This document shows positions 12,801 through 25,058 of a stretch of DNA of 64,000 nt, one piece after another. This DNA comes from Isurus oxyrinchus (taxonomy: Eukaryota). The stretch is from the NCBI GenBank assembly GCA_026770705.1, contig JANJGN010001130.1, positions 124,001 to 188,000 of the forward strand, written 5' to 3'. How positions within the stretch are numbered: position 1 is the stretch's first letter; each line of letters begins with the position of its first letter. Position numbers and translations under genes: made by a program. Below the pieces are notes generated by a model, which was given only the letters and a program-made list of their open reading frames with translations, was not told where the DNA came from and did not search any database.

Positions 12801-14606
12801 ACACAGACTTCAACAACTGTCTCAGATTCGAACACTACACAAACGCCCTCAAACATACACACATAAATAGACACGTGCAGACACACATATATGACCACAC
12901 ACAAAGACACACTCACACACAAACACTAACACTCACTCCCTCATGGGTTACCTGACCTCCCTCAGTACTGCACTGGAGAGTTGGTCTGAATTCTGGGATT
13001 TGTGTTCCCATTCATATTTATGGAAGAATATGGAAATTACTATTACAGACACTCAGATGCATAGAGACACTCCTAGATACTCTCCGCTTCTCCAACTCTC
13101 TCTCTCTCCCATTAAGGAGCTTCCTGAAACTAAACCCTTTGACGAATCACCAGTCCCAACTCCTCCTTATCTGATTATGTGTGATTTTTTTTCTGTATCT
13201 GAGAGTAAGAGAGAGTTGGAGAGGTTTAGGAAGAGAATTCCTGCTGGTGAAAAGCTTACATAATGTTCTCACTATTTCCGTGCACATAATTCCCAGTATG
13301 TCCAAAGCCCCTGTTTATAATGATGACTGCCTATGTAAACGTCACGCTGTAGTTACAGCCTCCCACCAGTGGTGGCATTGTAGCACTTAATCCTTGTGTT
13401 TCCCAGCTTTTCAAGCAGCTCCACTTCCTAGTTTGCTCCACAAGCTGTGAGTTCATCGGAATTAAATTATTTCTCAAACGGTAGATTTGATAATTCATTT
13501 TATTGAAAACTCCCTCAGTGCCTCCCTGAAGGGTTTACACTCTCTGGGAAGCAGGAATAGGCTGGATGTTGGGGAGTTCATCTTTTCCCAGAGAGCAGTG
13601 AACCTCGGGAATGTGCTGTCAGTGGGTGTGGTGGTTGCTGTTTCTCTGTCACCTTCAAGAGGGATCTGGAGTGGTTACTGACTGGGGGAGAGATCATGGA
13701 AGCGGAGAATGATACAGCACAGGAAGAGGCCATTCAGCCCATTGTGCCTGTGCCAGGTCTTTCAATGTTCTATCCCATCAGATCCACTAACCACCACTCC
13801 ACTTTACCCCATCTTCCTCCTTCAAGAGTTTATCCAATTCCCCTTTTGAAAGTTCCTATTGAATCTGCTTCCACCGCCCTTTCAGGCAGCACCTTCCAGA
13901 TCACAACAACTCTCTCTGTCAAAACAAATTCTCCTCATCTCCCCCTCCGGTTCGTCAATCTGTGTCCCTCTGGTTACCGACCCTCCTGCCCCTTAAATAC
14001 ATCGATACTGTTCATCTCGACCACTCCCTGTGGGAGCGAGTTCCACATTCTCCCCTCTCTCTGGGTAAAGATTGGAACTGTTTATTAAGCGGGGGGTGTA
14101 AGTCCGTGGGGGAGTCCATCTCGATCCTGCCCGATTCACACACACATCCGAGATGGATTTCCATCCTTCACAAAACGTTTCCAGAATTTTCTACAGCACA
14201 ATCCTGTACACAGCGATGGAGAGAAACATTGGACAGGGAGTCCAACAGCACAATGATCCATTCTCACCAATGTTCCACGCTAAGGGGAAAGTTCCGATTG
14301 TCCACTCTTAGAGTGTTTACAATGAAAACATTCATTCCACATTGAATCCCAGTGGATGGGTCAATATTACAGCAAATGTTGCAGTGATATGAAGCTTGAT
14401 TGTTCAGCCAGAGTGAGAGATTGAAAGCGGAGAGTCAGTGATGATTTCTTTCTGTGTGTTCTCTAGACAGTGGAGGAGAGATTCTGCACGTGATCCTGAT
14501 CCTGGGAATACGAGCTGTGATATTCCTTGTGGCTGTGGTTATCACTATCGCTGGAGTCTGTGTCTGGGAGAGACAAACAGTGAAAGGAAGTCGACAGACT
14601 GTTTGA
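9892..14606 (+). pseudogene. Unit 3: activating-type Siglec-like pseudogene (leader 9892-9931, V 10793-11161, C2 12020-12316, dead Ig half-exon ~12640-12792, TM-Arg exon 14467-14606)
   Basis: CGA>TGA nonsense at 10828-10830 in V; extra Cys in V (CHYCY) and C2 (DVCC); PU-box mutated to ACTTCGTC (9302); C2 and TM exons still open. Confidence 0.85.
11633..11670 (+). ncRNA. Hammerhead-like motif, unit 3 V-C2 intron
   Basis: Same motif as in unit 2. Confidence 0.55.
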
Positions 14607-14699
14607 AGCTTTGTACAGCAACAATCTGGTCAGTCAGTGCGGACAAATAACGTGTGATGTTGGGTTAAGTTGTAATGAAACTGGTCAGTGTCCTGGTTA

Positions 14700-15320
14700 G
14701 AATCACCTTCGTATCAGAGAGGCATTCCAGCACAGTGGGAGACCATTCAGCCCATTGAGGCTATGCTGTCTCTCTGTAGAGCAATACAGTCAGTCCCATT
14801 CCCCCGCTCTATCCCCGTATCCCTGCAAGTTTATTTCCCCTCAAGTGTCCGTCCAATTTCCTTTGGAAATCGTTCATCGTCTCCGCTTCCACCATCCTCG
14901 TAGGCAGCGAGTTCCAGCTCATTACCACTCGCTGTGTAAAAAAGTTCCTCCTCACATCCCCCTCTGCCCAAAACCTTCAATCTGTGTCCCCCAGTCCTTG
15001 TACCATCAGCTAATGGCAACAGCTTCTCTTTGCCTGCCTGGTCTAAACCCATCATCATCTTGTACACCTCGATCAGATCCCCCCTCAATCTCCTTTCCTC
15101 CAAGGAGAACAACCCCAGCTTCTCCAACCCAACCTTGTAGCTAAAATCCCTCATCCCTGGACCCATTCTGCTCAATCTCCTCCCCACCCTCTCAAGGACC
15201 CTCACTTCCTTCCCAAAGTGAGGAGACCAGAACTGGACACAATACTCTAGTTGTGACCTAACCAGAGCTTTATAAATGTTCAGCATAACCTCCCTGTGTT
15301 TGTACTCAATCCCTCGATTT
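14700..15320 (-). mobile_element. CR1-type LINE 3' fragment in the 3' UTR of unit 3 (paralogous copies ~25085-25680 and ~42085-42680)
   Basis: Minus-strand ORF YKALVRSQLEYCVQFWSPH...GLFSLEERRLRGDLIEVYK, typical of the CR1 ORF2 C-terminus. Confidence 0.85.
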
Positions 15321-15682
15321 ATGAAAAGCTTATTCTTTCCATCAGCACAAACAGCAATTTCCAAGCGGACTCCCATCAGCAGACAGAGTACAATGAAACA
15401 TCGGCATGCCTGCTTCTTAATGTACGGAGAGAAACCTGGAATGAGAGATTCTCCTTCTTCTCCTCAGCAAGCTGAAACTTTTCCTTATACCTGGTGCTCC
15501 CCAGTCCTGCTGTGTGGACACATCATAACCACGGCATTGTCTGGCTGTGTGCAGCCAACATGGTCGAATAGGAATGAACAGAAATGTGACGTTGCTAAAC
15601 TCTGTTCTCTGATTGGAATGTGCTTTCTGAATGCTGCACCTTTTTCATGCTGCGATAGATTGTAAGAAGCATTTGGGTTATG

Positions 15683-15688
15683 AATAAA
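15683..15688 (+). terminator. Putative poly(A) signal of the activating-type units (also 26041-26046 and 43043-43048)
   Basis: AATAAA at the same position in all three paralogous 3' UTRs. Confidence 0.5.
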
Positions 15689-16032
15689 ATTACATTGATT
15701 AACTCAAGTGATTAAAATGCTCAGCCTGTTCTGCAAATATTTATAGATTAAAACTCTTATTTTGCTGCCAGATTCTTGGCTCAAAGACATTACTTCATGT
15801 TGTCACTTTTTCCAGTCAGATGAATTCCTGTGCCCATCTTTATAATGGAAATTTTCAATGTAAACACGTCACATTGCAGCTGCACACAATTGCCAGTAGG
15901 TGGTGTGATATCAAAGCTGTCTTGCTGCTCAGAAAGAGAGAGAAATATTCCTGATAAATGCATGAACTTCATGTGTGCATCAGACAGTGACATCAGATGC
16001 AATTTTGTGCAATTTGTGCAATGTATTTTAGA

Positions 16033-16480
16033 CAGTGCAGCACTCCCTCTGTTCAGACCCTCCAACAGTGCAGCACTCCCTCAGTTTAGACCCTCCAGCA
16101 GTGCAGTACTCCCTCAGTTCAGACCCTCCAACACTGCAGCACTCCCTCAGTTTAGACCCTCCAGCAGTGCAGCACTCCCGCATTTCAGACCCTCCAACGG
16201 CGCAGCACTCTCTCAGTTTAGACCCTCCAACAGTGCAGCACTACCTCAGTTCTGACCGGCCGACAGTGCAGCACTCCCTCAGTGCCAACACTCTGACAGT
16301 GCAGAACTCCCTCAGAGCTGTCCCTCAAACAGAGCAGCACTCCCTCGCTGCTTATCCTCCATCAGTGCAGCAAACCTCAATACTGACGCGCCAACAGAGC
16401 AGCACTGCCTCAGTACTGACCCTCTAACAGGGTAGCACTCCAACAATACTGACCCTCTGACAGTGCAGAACATGCTTAGT
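16033..16480 (+). repeat. 33-bp minisatellite array
   Basis: Tandem units visible directly. Confidence 0.9.
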
Positions 16481-17135
16481 ATTTATCCTCCAACAGCATT
16501 TTTAAATATAAACCCTCAGAGCCATGGTAGAAATTTGAAGTTAACAAACAGCAAACAGAAAGATCACAGAGTCATGATGAATTGCCAACAGTTTGATTCT
16601 GTTGTAACGCATTGTGAAATTACGCACTAACTCCAACTGCCTGTTTACTCACTCCTTTGCTACTTCCCCATTTTGTCTCACAGAGACACATCAACCCTTT
16701 CTCACTAAATACACAGAGGGGGCAGCACAGGAAGAGGTCATTCAGCCCAAGCAGAGCGTGTGGGCAGTTCCTCCCCAGGCGAGCAGTCGGACAGGTCCTG
16801 GGTAAGTAACGGAATGATTGGAATTCACTTCCACCACCAACACCGTCCTTTGTTGATGTTGTGACTTTATAAAGACAGATTCCAATAACTGATGCCTTTG
16901 AAAGATTTCTACTGATTATTGAGATCAAGGTGTGAGGCTCAAGTCTGTTGTACAGAACATCTTTCTAGCTCAAGGGATGAGGGAAGTGCAGAGACATGAG
17001 CTTGGGGGCGTTCTGAGGTGGTCAATGGTGCTATAGAAATGCAAGTCTTTCATTGTTTTTCTTTCTTAAAGCCTTGTAACTCTCTGCAGAGCACCTATCA
17101 TCCCACAGAGAATCAAATTAGTCTATGAAGATATT

Positions 17136-17770
17136 GGGCTGAATTTCCAGCCTGTCGAGCGGGTGGGCCTGACCCAATCTCCAGCGGGCGGGGAGCCAAT
17201 CCCCACCGGAGAAGCGGGCCCCGCCTTCATTTTAAGTGGGCGTGCCAATTAAGGCCCACCCAGCGTGATGTCCGGCGGGAAGCGTTATGCCCTTCCTGTG
17301 TGGGCCGGGGGTGGGGGGGTGGTGGGGACATTCCCCAAATGCGTGAGTGCGCTCTGTCACACATGCGCATGATAAAGCCCACATCACCCTGAGGCTAAGT
17401 GCTGCCTCAGGGAGATCGCTGAAAGGTTTTCAAACAATCAAAATAGAAAAATAAAAAAATCCTCAACATGTCCCCCTCACGTGACAATGTCACTCGAGAT
17501 GGGACATGTTAATAAACTGCACCAAAACTTTAATAAACTCTTTTAAAACCGACATGAATCCTCGTCCCGCCGGTAGATGAGGTTTCATGTTTTCTCTAGT
17601 TGTCGCTGGAGCTCCTGCCCTGCCCACCAGCCTTAAGGTTGGACCGGCAGGTCGGTTGATTGTTTAAATGTTCCTGTCAATGGCTTCAATTGGCCATTGA
17701 CAGGTTGGCGGGCCCTCAGCTGATTTCACTGCACCCCTGCCCCCTGCTCACCGACAGCGAACCTCTGCCC
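17136..17770. mobile_element. Non-autonomous DNA transposon/MITE inserted in intron 1 of unit 4
   Basis: GGGCTGAATTT...CTCTGCCC imperfect TIRs, ATT duplicated on both sides; paralogous introns show the empty site GAAGACATTGTCTAAAAG. Confidence 0.75.
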
Positions 17771-17889
17771 ATTGTCTAAAAGCTGTGCTGATCTCTCAAG
17801 AGCTGTCGGACAAGAGGTGAGGTCTCATTAACTCCTTTCTCTTTCACAGCTTGAGAGTGAGAAGCTGATGAAATATCTGCGAGTGGACA

Positions 17890-18712
17890 ATGATCTTACT
17901 TCCTCCTGTCACTTCTCCAAGGTAATATCATCGTCAGCTCGGACAGATTTATGGTTAATAGTCTTTGTAAAAGATCATTCTTATTGAGCTATGATTGGGA
18001 ACCGATTCAGCAGTGAGCCAGTGTATAAACTCACACCAAGTCCCATTCACCCATTCAACCTCACAGTTGATCTGACTCGAATTCAATTAAATGAGACCCA
18101 CAGACGGAACCATCCACATTCATTCCCATAAGCCGACAATATTCTTCTGAAAAATATCATAGTTTCATCACAACATAAAACGCAGTTTAGTATAACGCAG
18201 AGTCTGATTCTCAATAACCTGGTGATAGCTTCCATTCAGTCCAAAAGCAACCTCTAATACTCACTTTAATATCAATGATTAAATGTATTGACTGTGTCCT
18301 TCAATGTTATCAGGTCATCCACTCCCATCTATCTCTAATCTTAAGGCTGTGATTTCTATTTGAACTGATGCTTCACGTTATATTTCTCTAAAAGGATCCA
18401 TTCTCTGTCTGTTAGATTTCACAGATCAACCCACGATATTCCCTGCTGAAATTATTGCAGGAAAGCCTGTGGATGTAAGCTGCACCTTCAACACAACGTG
18501 CAATGGAACAGCAGCACCTGTCTTAACCTGGGACACTCCCACTGACGTACGTGGATCAGTCTCAAACACTGTAACTCAGCATGGTGTCACTCTGACCTAT
18601 ACTTCTGTTCTGACCCTGATCCCATCACTCAAACACCACGGACACACTCTCAGCTGCAGAGTGAGATATCCATCTGTTTCATCGGAGCGGACCCTCGTAC
18701 TAACTGTGCAAG
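17890..18712 (+). pseudogene. Unit 4: relic with frameshifted leader (17890-17921), V exon deleted, intact C2 exon 18416-18712, no TM
   Basis: 8-nt deletion (GGGAAATC) in leader; no V sequence between leader and C2; C2 is followed by minisatellite. Confidence 0.85.
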
Positions 18713-18899
18713 GTAAGAACGGACACCCTTCATTCTACATTCGCTGGAACAGTCTAGATTACGCACAGCAAGATCCCATAGAAAGGTATTCTGATGACAA
18801 TCAGATAATCTGTTTTTTAAAGAAAATGGTGACCAGAATAGAATTAATACCAGTTTCTGAACATTAACATAGGGGATTTTATGTCCAGCCAAGGGGCTG

Positions 18900-19525
18900 A
18901 TAGAGCAGGTCAGGAATCGCAATGTACTCAGCCCCTGACAGTGCAGCACTCCCTCAGTACTGACCCTCTGACAGTGCAGCACGCCCTCAATACTGAACCT
19001 CTGACAGTACAACACTACCTCAGTACTGACCCTCCGACAGTGCGGCACACCCTCAGGACTGACTCTCCAACAGTGCAACAATTCCTCAGTACTGTCCCTC
19101 TGACAGTGCAACACTCCCTCAAAACTGTCTCTCCGACAGATTAGCACTCCCTCAATACTGTCTTTCTGACAGTGCAGCACTCCCTCAATACTGACCCTCC
19201 AAGAGCACAGCACCCCTTCAGTACTGACCCTCCGACAGTGCAGCACTCCCTCAATACTGTCAGTTTGACAGTGTAGCACTCCCTCAGTACTGACCCTCCG
19301 ACAGTGCAGCACTTCCTCAGTACTGTCATCTGACAGTGTAGCACTCCCTCAGTACTGACCCTCTGACAGCGCAGCACTCCCTCATTACTGACCCCCTGAC
19401 AGTGCAGCGCTCCCTCAGTACTGACCCTCTGACAGTGCAGCACTCCCTCAGTACTGACCCTCTGACATTGCAGAACTCCCTCAGTACTGACCCTCTGACA
19501 GTACAGCACTCCCTCAGTACTGACA
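18900..19525 (+). repeat. 33-bp minisatellite array
   Basis: Tandem units visible directly. Confidence 0.95.
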
Positions 19526-19764
19526 CTGGGGAATTTCAGTCTACTCTGTGGGGCAGGCATCTCCTGAATGGGGTCTTGAACCCCACAAAAGTCTACAACA
19601 TACTGACCCCCTGAATTTGGCTGTGAAACCCACTGACCCACAGGAGAAACTCCTGGTCAATGACTGTCCATCAGTGAGCAGAAATATCACCACAGGGTCA
19701 GGACACAAAGGGTTAACAGTTCACCAACATCTCAAAACATGAGCTGCTCTGTCACTTTGATCCA

Positions 19765-19904
19765 ACTTCCTCAAATTGACTCACAGAGACACATCAGCCC
19801 TTTCTAATTAAATACACATAGGGCGCAGCACAGGAAGAGGTCATTCAGCCCAAGCAGAGTGTGTGGGCAGTTCCTCCCCAGGCGAGCAGTCGGACAGGTC
19901 CTGG
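19765..19904 (+). promoter_or_regulatory. Unit 5 putative promoter/non-coding exon 1
   Basis: ACTTCCTC Ets/PU box, donor GG|GTAAGT at 19905. Confidence 0.5.
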
Positions 19905-20354
19905 GTAAGTAACGGAACGATTGGAATTCACTTCCACCACCAACACCGTCCTTTGTTGATGTTGTGACTTTATAAAGACAGATTCCAATGATTGATGCCT
20001 TTGGAAGATTTCTACTGATTATTGAGATCTGGGTGTGAGGCTCAAGTCTGTTGTACAGAACATCTTTCTAGCTCAAGGGATGAGGGAAGTGCAGAGACAT
20101 GAGCTTTGGGACATCCTGAGGTGGTGAAAGGTGCTATAGAAATGCAAGTCCTTTGTTGTTTTTCATTCTTAAAGCCTTGTAACTCTCTGCAGAACACCTA
20201 TCATCCCACAGAGAATCAAATTATTCTGTGAAGACATTGTCTAAAAGCAGTTCTGATCTCTCGAGAGCTGTCGGACAAGAGGTGAGGTCTCATTAACTCC
20301 TTTCGCTTTCAGAGTTTCAGAGTGAGAAGCTGATGAAATATCTGGGAGTGGATA

Positions 20355-20394
20355 ATGATTGGAAAATCTTACTTCCTCCTGTCACTTCTCCAAG
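20355..20394 (+). CDS. Unit 5 leader exon (activating-type Siglec-like receptor, 281 aa)
   Basis: MIGKSYFLLSLLQ, phase-1 donor AAG|GTAACA. Confidence 0.85.
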
Positions 20395-21256
20395 GTAACA
20401 TCATCGTCAGCTCGGTCAGATTTATGGTTAATAGCCTTTGTAAAAGATCATTCTTATTGAACTGTGATTGGGAACCGATTCAGCAGTGAGCCAGTGTACA
20501 AACTCACACCAAGTCCCATTCACCCATCACCCCTAAACTATCTGACCCCTGGTCCTACAACATCTCAAACTTAAAATTCACATCTCTTTGTTCAAATGCA
20601 TCCATTGCCTCACACTGCGTCCTTATCTCTGTAACCTCCTGCAACTCTCCCAACCAACGTCCCAGATCTCTGTGTTACTCCAATTCTGGCCTCTTGACCA
20701 TCCCCCGATTCCCATCACTCCAATACTGGCAGCCGGGCCTTCAGCTGCCTGGGGCCTGAGCTCTGGAATTCACTCCCTAAACCTCGGGGATGGAGGAGCT
20801 CAGAGGGTTTCATTTTACTGAGAATCACCACGACCACATCACAGCTGCAGTCAGAATAGACAGGGAGTCCAGCCCTCACACTTCCTGCACAGTTTCACCA
20901 TAGCAACCACAATAAGGAAGTAAACTAACTGAAAGTTAAACTGAAGCTCAAACCAGTCGGTGTAGAGAGATGAGATGTTTACACAGTTTCCCTGTGTATC
21001 TTGTAGACACTGCGTTGGGTGGAAGACTGGCTTCACTAAACAGGGTCCTGAGGACCATGAGCCAATGTAGAATGAACTTGTCCACTCCTGTGTCCAGGAT
21101 TCTCTTCCATCCATTGTGAAACCTTGGGGAGTTCCATGTGTGTCCTGTAGATGGTCCACACAGCAGCCACTGTGCCCCAGTGATGGAGGGGGTGGATATC
21201 GAGTCTAGTGGATCTACAAACCATCCAGAGTTAAATATTGACATTTCTCTCCCCAG

Positions 21257-21625
21257 TTGGACTGTCACAAGAGTGGAAAGGTGACACTCCACGAGAGGTG
21301 ACAGCGCAGGAAGGTTCGTGTGTACAGATTCCATGTCATTACAGTTATCCAGCACATTTGGAAAATCAACCACGAGGTGGAGTCTGGTTTAATAATGAGA
21401 AACAGATTCCCTGGGCTCCCATTGCCTTTCACTCCAAGGGTCACAGTCACGAGTTACCACGGTTCCGCCATCGGACCCGGCTGTCTGGAGACCTGAAAGA
21501 TGGCGACTGTTCCCTGATTATAAACAACATCAGACGGGAAGATGCAGGACCTTATTTTTTCAGAATAGAATTTGACAATGGTCCGAGCCATAACTATTAC
21601 CCTGTAACCCAGCTTCACGTTTCTG
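21257..21625 (+). CDS. Unit 5 V-set sialic-acid-binding-type exon
   Basis: 369 nt open, phase 1-1; EGSCVQIPC, DCSL, essential Arg in GPYFFRIE. Confidence 0.9.
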
Positions 21626-22097
21626 GTAAGTGCTGTGTTATAATTACTCAACAATTCACATTCAACACTCAATGGGAAATAACACAAACTGTGACGTTTA
21701 CACATTAACACAAAACACAGCTTATTATAACACACTGTCTGATTCTCAATAACCTGGTGATAGCTTCCAGTTCAGTCCTAAAGCAACCTCTAATACTCAC
21801 TTTAATATCAATGATGAAAAACATTAACTGTATTCTCAGGTTATCCACTCCCATCAATCTCTCCTGTCCTGTTTAAAAGTCTGACGTATCGATAAAAGAA
21901 AGATGTGCATTTCTGCAGCGCAATTTACCACCTCAGGAGGATCCAAATCCCTTCACAGCCAATGAAATTATTCCTGAATTGTAGTCACAGATGTAAAACA
22001 CAGCAGGCAGTTTGTGCACAGCAAGATCCAACAAACCACAAGGTGATAAATCACCCAGATCACTGAGGAAATGAGAAGCCAGTGAACTCAAACCTCT

Positions 22098-22135
22098 GGT
22101 CTGATGAAGAGTCATACGGACTCGAAACGTTAACC
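22098..22135 (+). ncRNA. Hammerhead-like motif, unit 5 V-C2 intron
   Basis: Same motif as in unit 2. Confidence 0.55.
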
Positions 22136-22484
22136 CTGTCTTCCTCTCCACTGATACTGTCAGACCTGCTGAGTCTTTCCAGCAATTTTTGTTTTTGTTT
22201 CAGATTTCCAGCATCCACAGTATTCTGCTTTTAACTCCAATCTCTGGTCTGAGCCTCTTCTCTCATCCAGTGTTCTCAATTCACATGTCTCGGAGTGAAC
22301 GTGTATTAAGCTGAGAGACAGAAACACTACTGCCAAAGAGCAAGAAAATCTTTCCTGATCATTGTAACCTCTCAGTTCTGATATCATCCTTGTAAAAGTG
22401 CTTTCTCTTGTGGGACTGTGGTTTCTATTTGAACTGATGCTTCACGTTATATTTCTCTAAAAGGATCCATTCTCTGTCTGTTAG

Positions 22485-22781
22485 ATTTCACAGATAAACC
22501 CACGATATTCCCTGCTGAAATTATTGCAGGAAAGCGTGTGGATGTAAGCTGCACCTTCAACACAACATGCAATGGAACAGCAGCACCTGTCTTAACCTGG
22601 GACACTCCCACTGACGTACCTGGATCAGTCTCAAACACTGTAACTCAGCATGGTGTCACTCTGACCTATACTTCTGTTCTGACCCTGACCGCATCACTCA
22701 AACACCACGGACACACTCTCAGCTGCAGAGTGAGATATCCATCTGTTTCATCGGAGCGGACCCTCGTACTAACTGTGCAAG
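22485..22781 (+). CDS. Unit 5 C2-set exon
   Basis: 297 nt; DFTDKPTIFP..SCTFNTTCNG..LTW..HGHTLSCRV; three Cys as in Siglec domain 2. Confidence 0.9.
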
Positions 22782-23104
22782 GTAATTACATACACCTTTC
22801 ATTCTACATCAGCACTCCCTCAGCGCAGACCCTCTGACAGTGCAGCCCGTTCTCAGTACCCAAATTCTAAGGCCTCTCTAAGTGCTTCAAAGTCGATAGA
22901 AGTTAATTGATCTTTATTTGATTATTGCTGAATGAAGAGACAAGCTGTCTAAACTTTACATCTTGCACACAGCATTCTCTATGGCAACACCTCCACCTAT
23001 CAGAGACCACTTGCCAACCAATCAGCACTCTCTTCCCATTAAGTATAAATTGTTGTTCACTTTCTGTTGGTAATCCTGTGAACGGGCTTCTTGATTCCTG
23101 CCAT

Positions 23105-23249
23105 GACATCTGAATGTCCAAATGAACAGAACAAGTTCCAACAATGAGCTGTGGTTGGTGATTCCTCACGTTACATCCAGGAGACTATCAGTGTGTGGCA
23201 GAGAATGAACATGGAGCAGTGGATCGGTTCATAACCATCACTGTGGAAC
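23105..23249 (+). pseudogene. Unit 5 dead third-Ig half exon
   Basis: Only the 3' half of the 282-nt Ig exon remains; acceptor and 5' half replaced by repeat-like DNA; extra frameshifting deletion. Confidence 0.75.
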
Positions 23250-24918
23250 GTGAGTTACACAGACTTCAACATCTCTCTCAGATTTGAACACTACACAAAC
23301 ACCATCGAACACACACACATAAATAGACACGTGCAGACACACATATATGACCACACACAAAGACACACTCACACACAAACACTAACACTCACTCCCTCAA
23401 GTGTTACCTGACCTCCCTCAGTACTGCACAAGAGAGTTGGCCTGAATTCTGGGATTTGTGTTCCCATTCATATTTATGGAAGAATATGGAAATTACTATT
23501 ACAGACACTCAGATGCATAGAGACACTCACAGATACTCTCTGCGTCTCCAACTCTCTCTCTCCCTTTAAGAAGCTTCCTGAAACCGAACCCTTTGACAAA
23601 TCACCAACCCAACTCCTCCTTATCTGATTCTGTGTGATTTTCTTTGTGTATCTGAGAGTAAGAGAGAGTTGGAGAGGTTTAGGAAGAGAATTCCTGCTGG
23701 TGAAAAGCTTACATAATGTTCTCACTATTTCCGTGCACATAATTCCCATTATGTCCAATGCCCCTGTTTATAATGATGATTGCCTATGTAAACGTCACGC
23801 TGTAGTTACAGCCTCCCACCAGTGGTGGCATTGTAGCACTTAATCCTTGTGATTCCCAGTTTTCCCAGCAACTCTACTTCCCAGTTTGCTACACAAGCTG
23901 TGAGTTCTTCGGAATTCAATTATTTCTCAAACGGTAGATTTGATGTCATTTTATTGAAAACTTCCTGAGCTCATCCCTGAAGGGTTTACACTCTCCGGGA
24001 AGCAGGAATAGGCTGGATGTTGGGGAGTTCAACTTTTTCCAGAGAGTAGTGATCCTCGGGAATGTGCCGTCAGTGGGTGTGGTGGTTGCTGTTTCTCCGT
24101 CAACTTCAAGAGGGATCTGGAGTGGTTACTCACTGGGGGAGAGATCATGGAAGCGGAGAATGATACAGCACAGGAGGAGGCCATTCAGCCCATTGTGCCT
24201 GTGCCAGGTCTTTCAATGTTCTATCCCATCAGATCCACTAACCACCACTCCACTTTGCCCCCATCTTCCTCCTTCAAGTGTTTATCCAATTTCCCTTTTG
24301 AAAGTTCTTATTGAATCTGCTTCCACCGCCCTTTCAGGCAGAACCTTCCAGATCACAACAACTCGCTCTGTCAAAACAAATTCTCCTCATCTCCCCCTCT
24401 GGTTCTTCAATCTGTGTCCCTCTGGTTACCGACCCTCCTGCCCCTTAAATACATCGATCCTGTTCACCTCAACCACTCCCTGTGGGAGCGAGTTCCACAT
24501 TCTCCCCTCTCTCTGGGTAAAGATTGGAACTGTTTATTAAGCGGGGGGTGTATGTCCGTGGGGGAGTCCATCTCGATCCTGCCCTATTCGCACACGCGTC
24601 CGAGATGGATTTCCACCCGGCACTAAACGTTTCCAGAATTTTCTACAGCACAATCCTGTACACAGCGATGGAGAGAAACATTGGACAGGGAGTCCAACAG
24701 CACAATGATCCATTCTCACCAATGTTCCACGCTAAGGGGAAAGTTCCGATTGTCCACTCTTAGAGTGTTTACAATGAAAACATTCATTCCACATTGAATC
24801 CCAGTGGATGGGTCAATATTACAGCAAATGTTGCAGTGATATGAAGCTTGATTGTTCAGCCAGAGTGAGAGATTGAAAGCGGAGAGTCAGTGATGATTTC
24901 TTTCTGTGTGTTCTCTAG

Positions 24919-25058
24919 ACAGTGGAGGAGAGATTCTGCACGTGATCCTGATCCTGGGAATACGAGCTGTGATATTCCTTGTGGCTGTGGTTATCACTAT
25001 CGCTGGAGTCTGTGTCTGGGAGAGACAAACAGTGAAAGGAAGTCGACAGACTGTTTGA
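24919..25058 (+). CDS. Unit 5 TM + short tail exon with intramembrane Arg (activating type)
   Basis: TTCTCTAG|24919, phase 1: DSGGEILHVILILGIRAVIFLVAVVITIAGVCVWERQTVKGSRQTV*. Confidence 0.85.

Noticed and set aside
14438-14650. ORF-track peptide MMISFCVFSRQWRRD... (also 24890, 41862)
   Set aside because: Wrong frame; the phase-1 splice frame gives the hydrophobic Arg-containing TM exon.
21257-21625. Ig/TCR/IgNAR V genes
   Set aside because: No F-strand YxC. The Cys pattern (CxxIPC, DCSL) and YFFR are Siglec-type.
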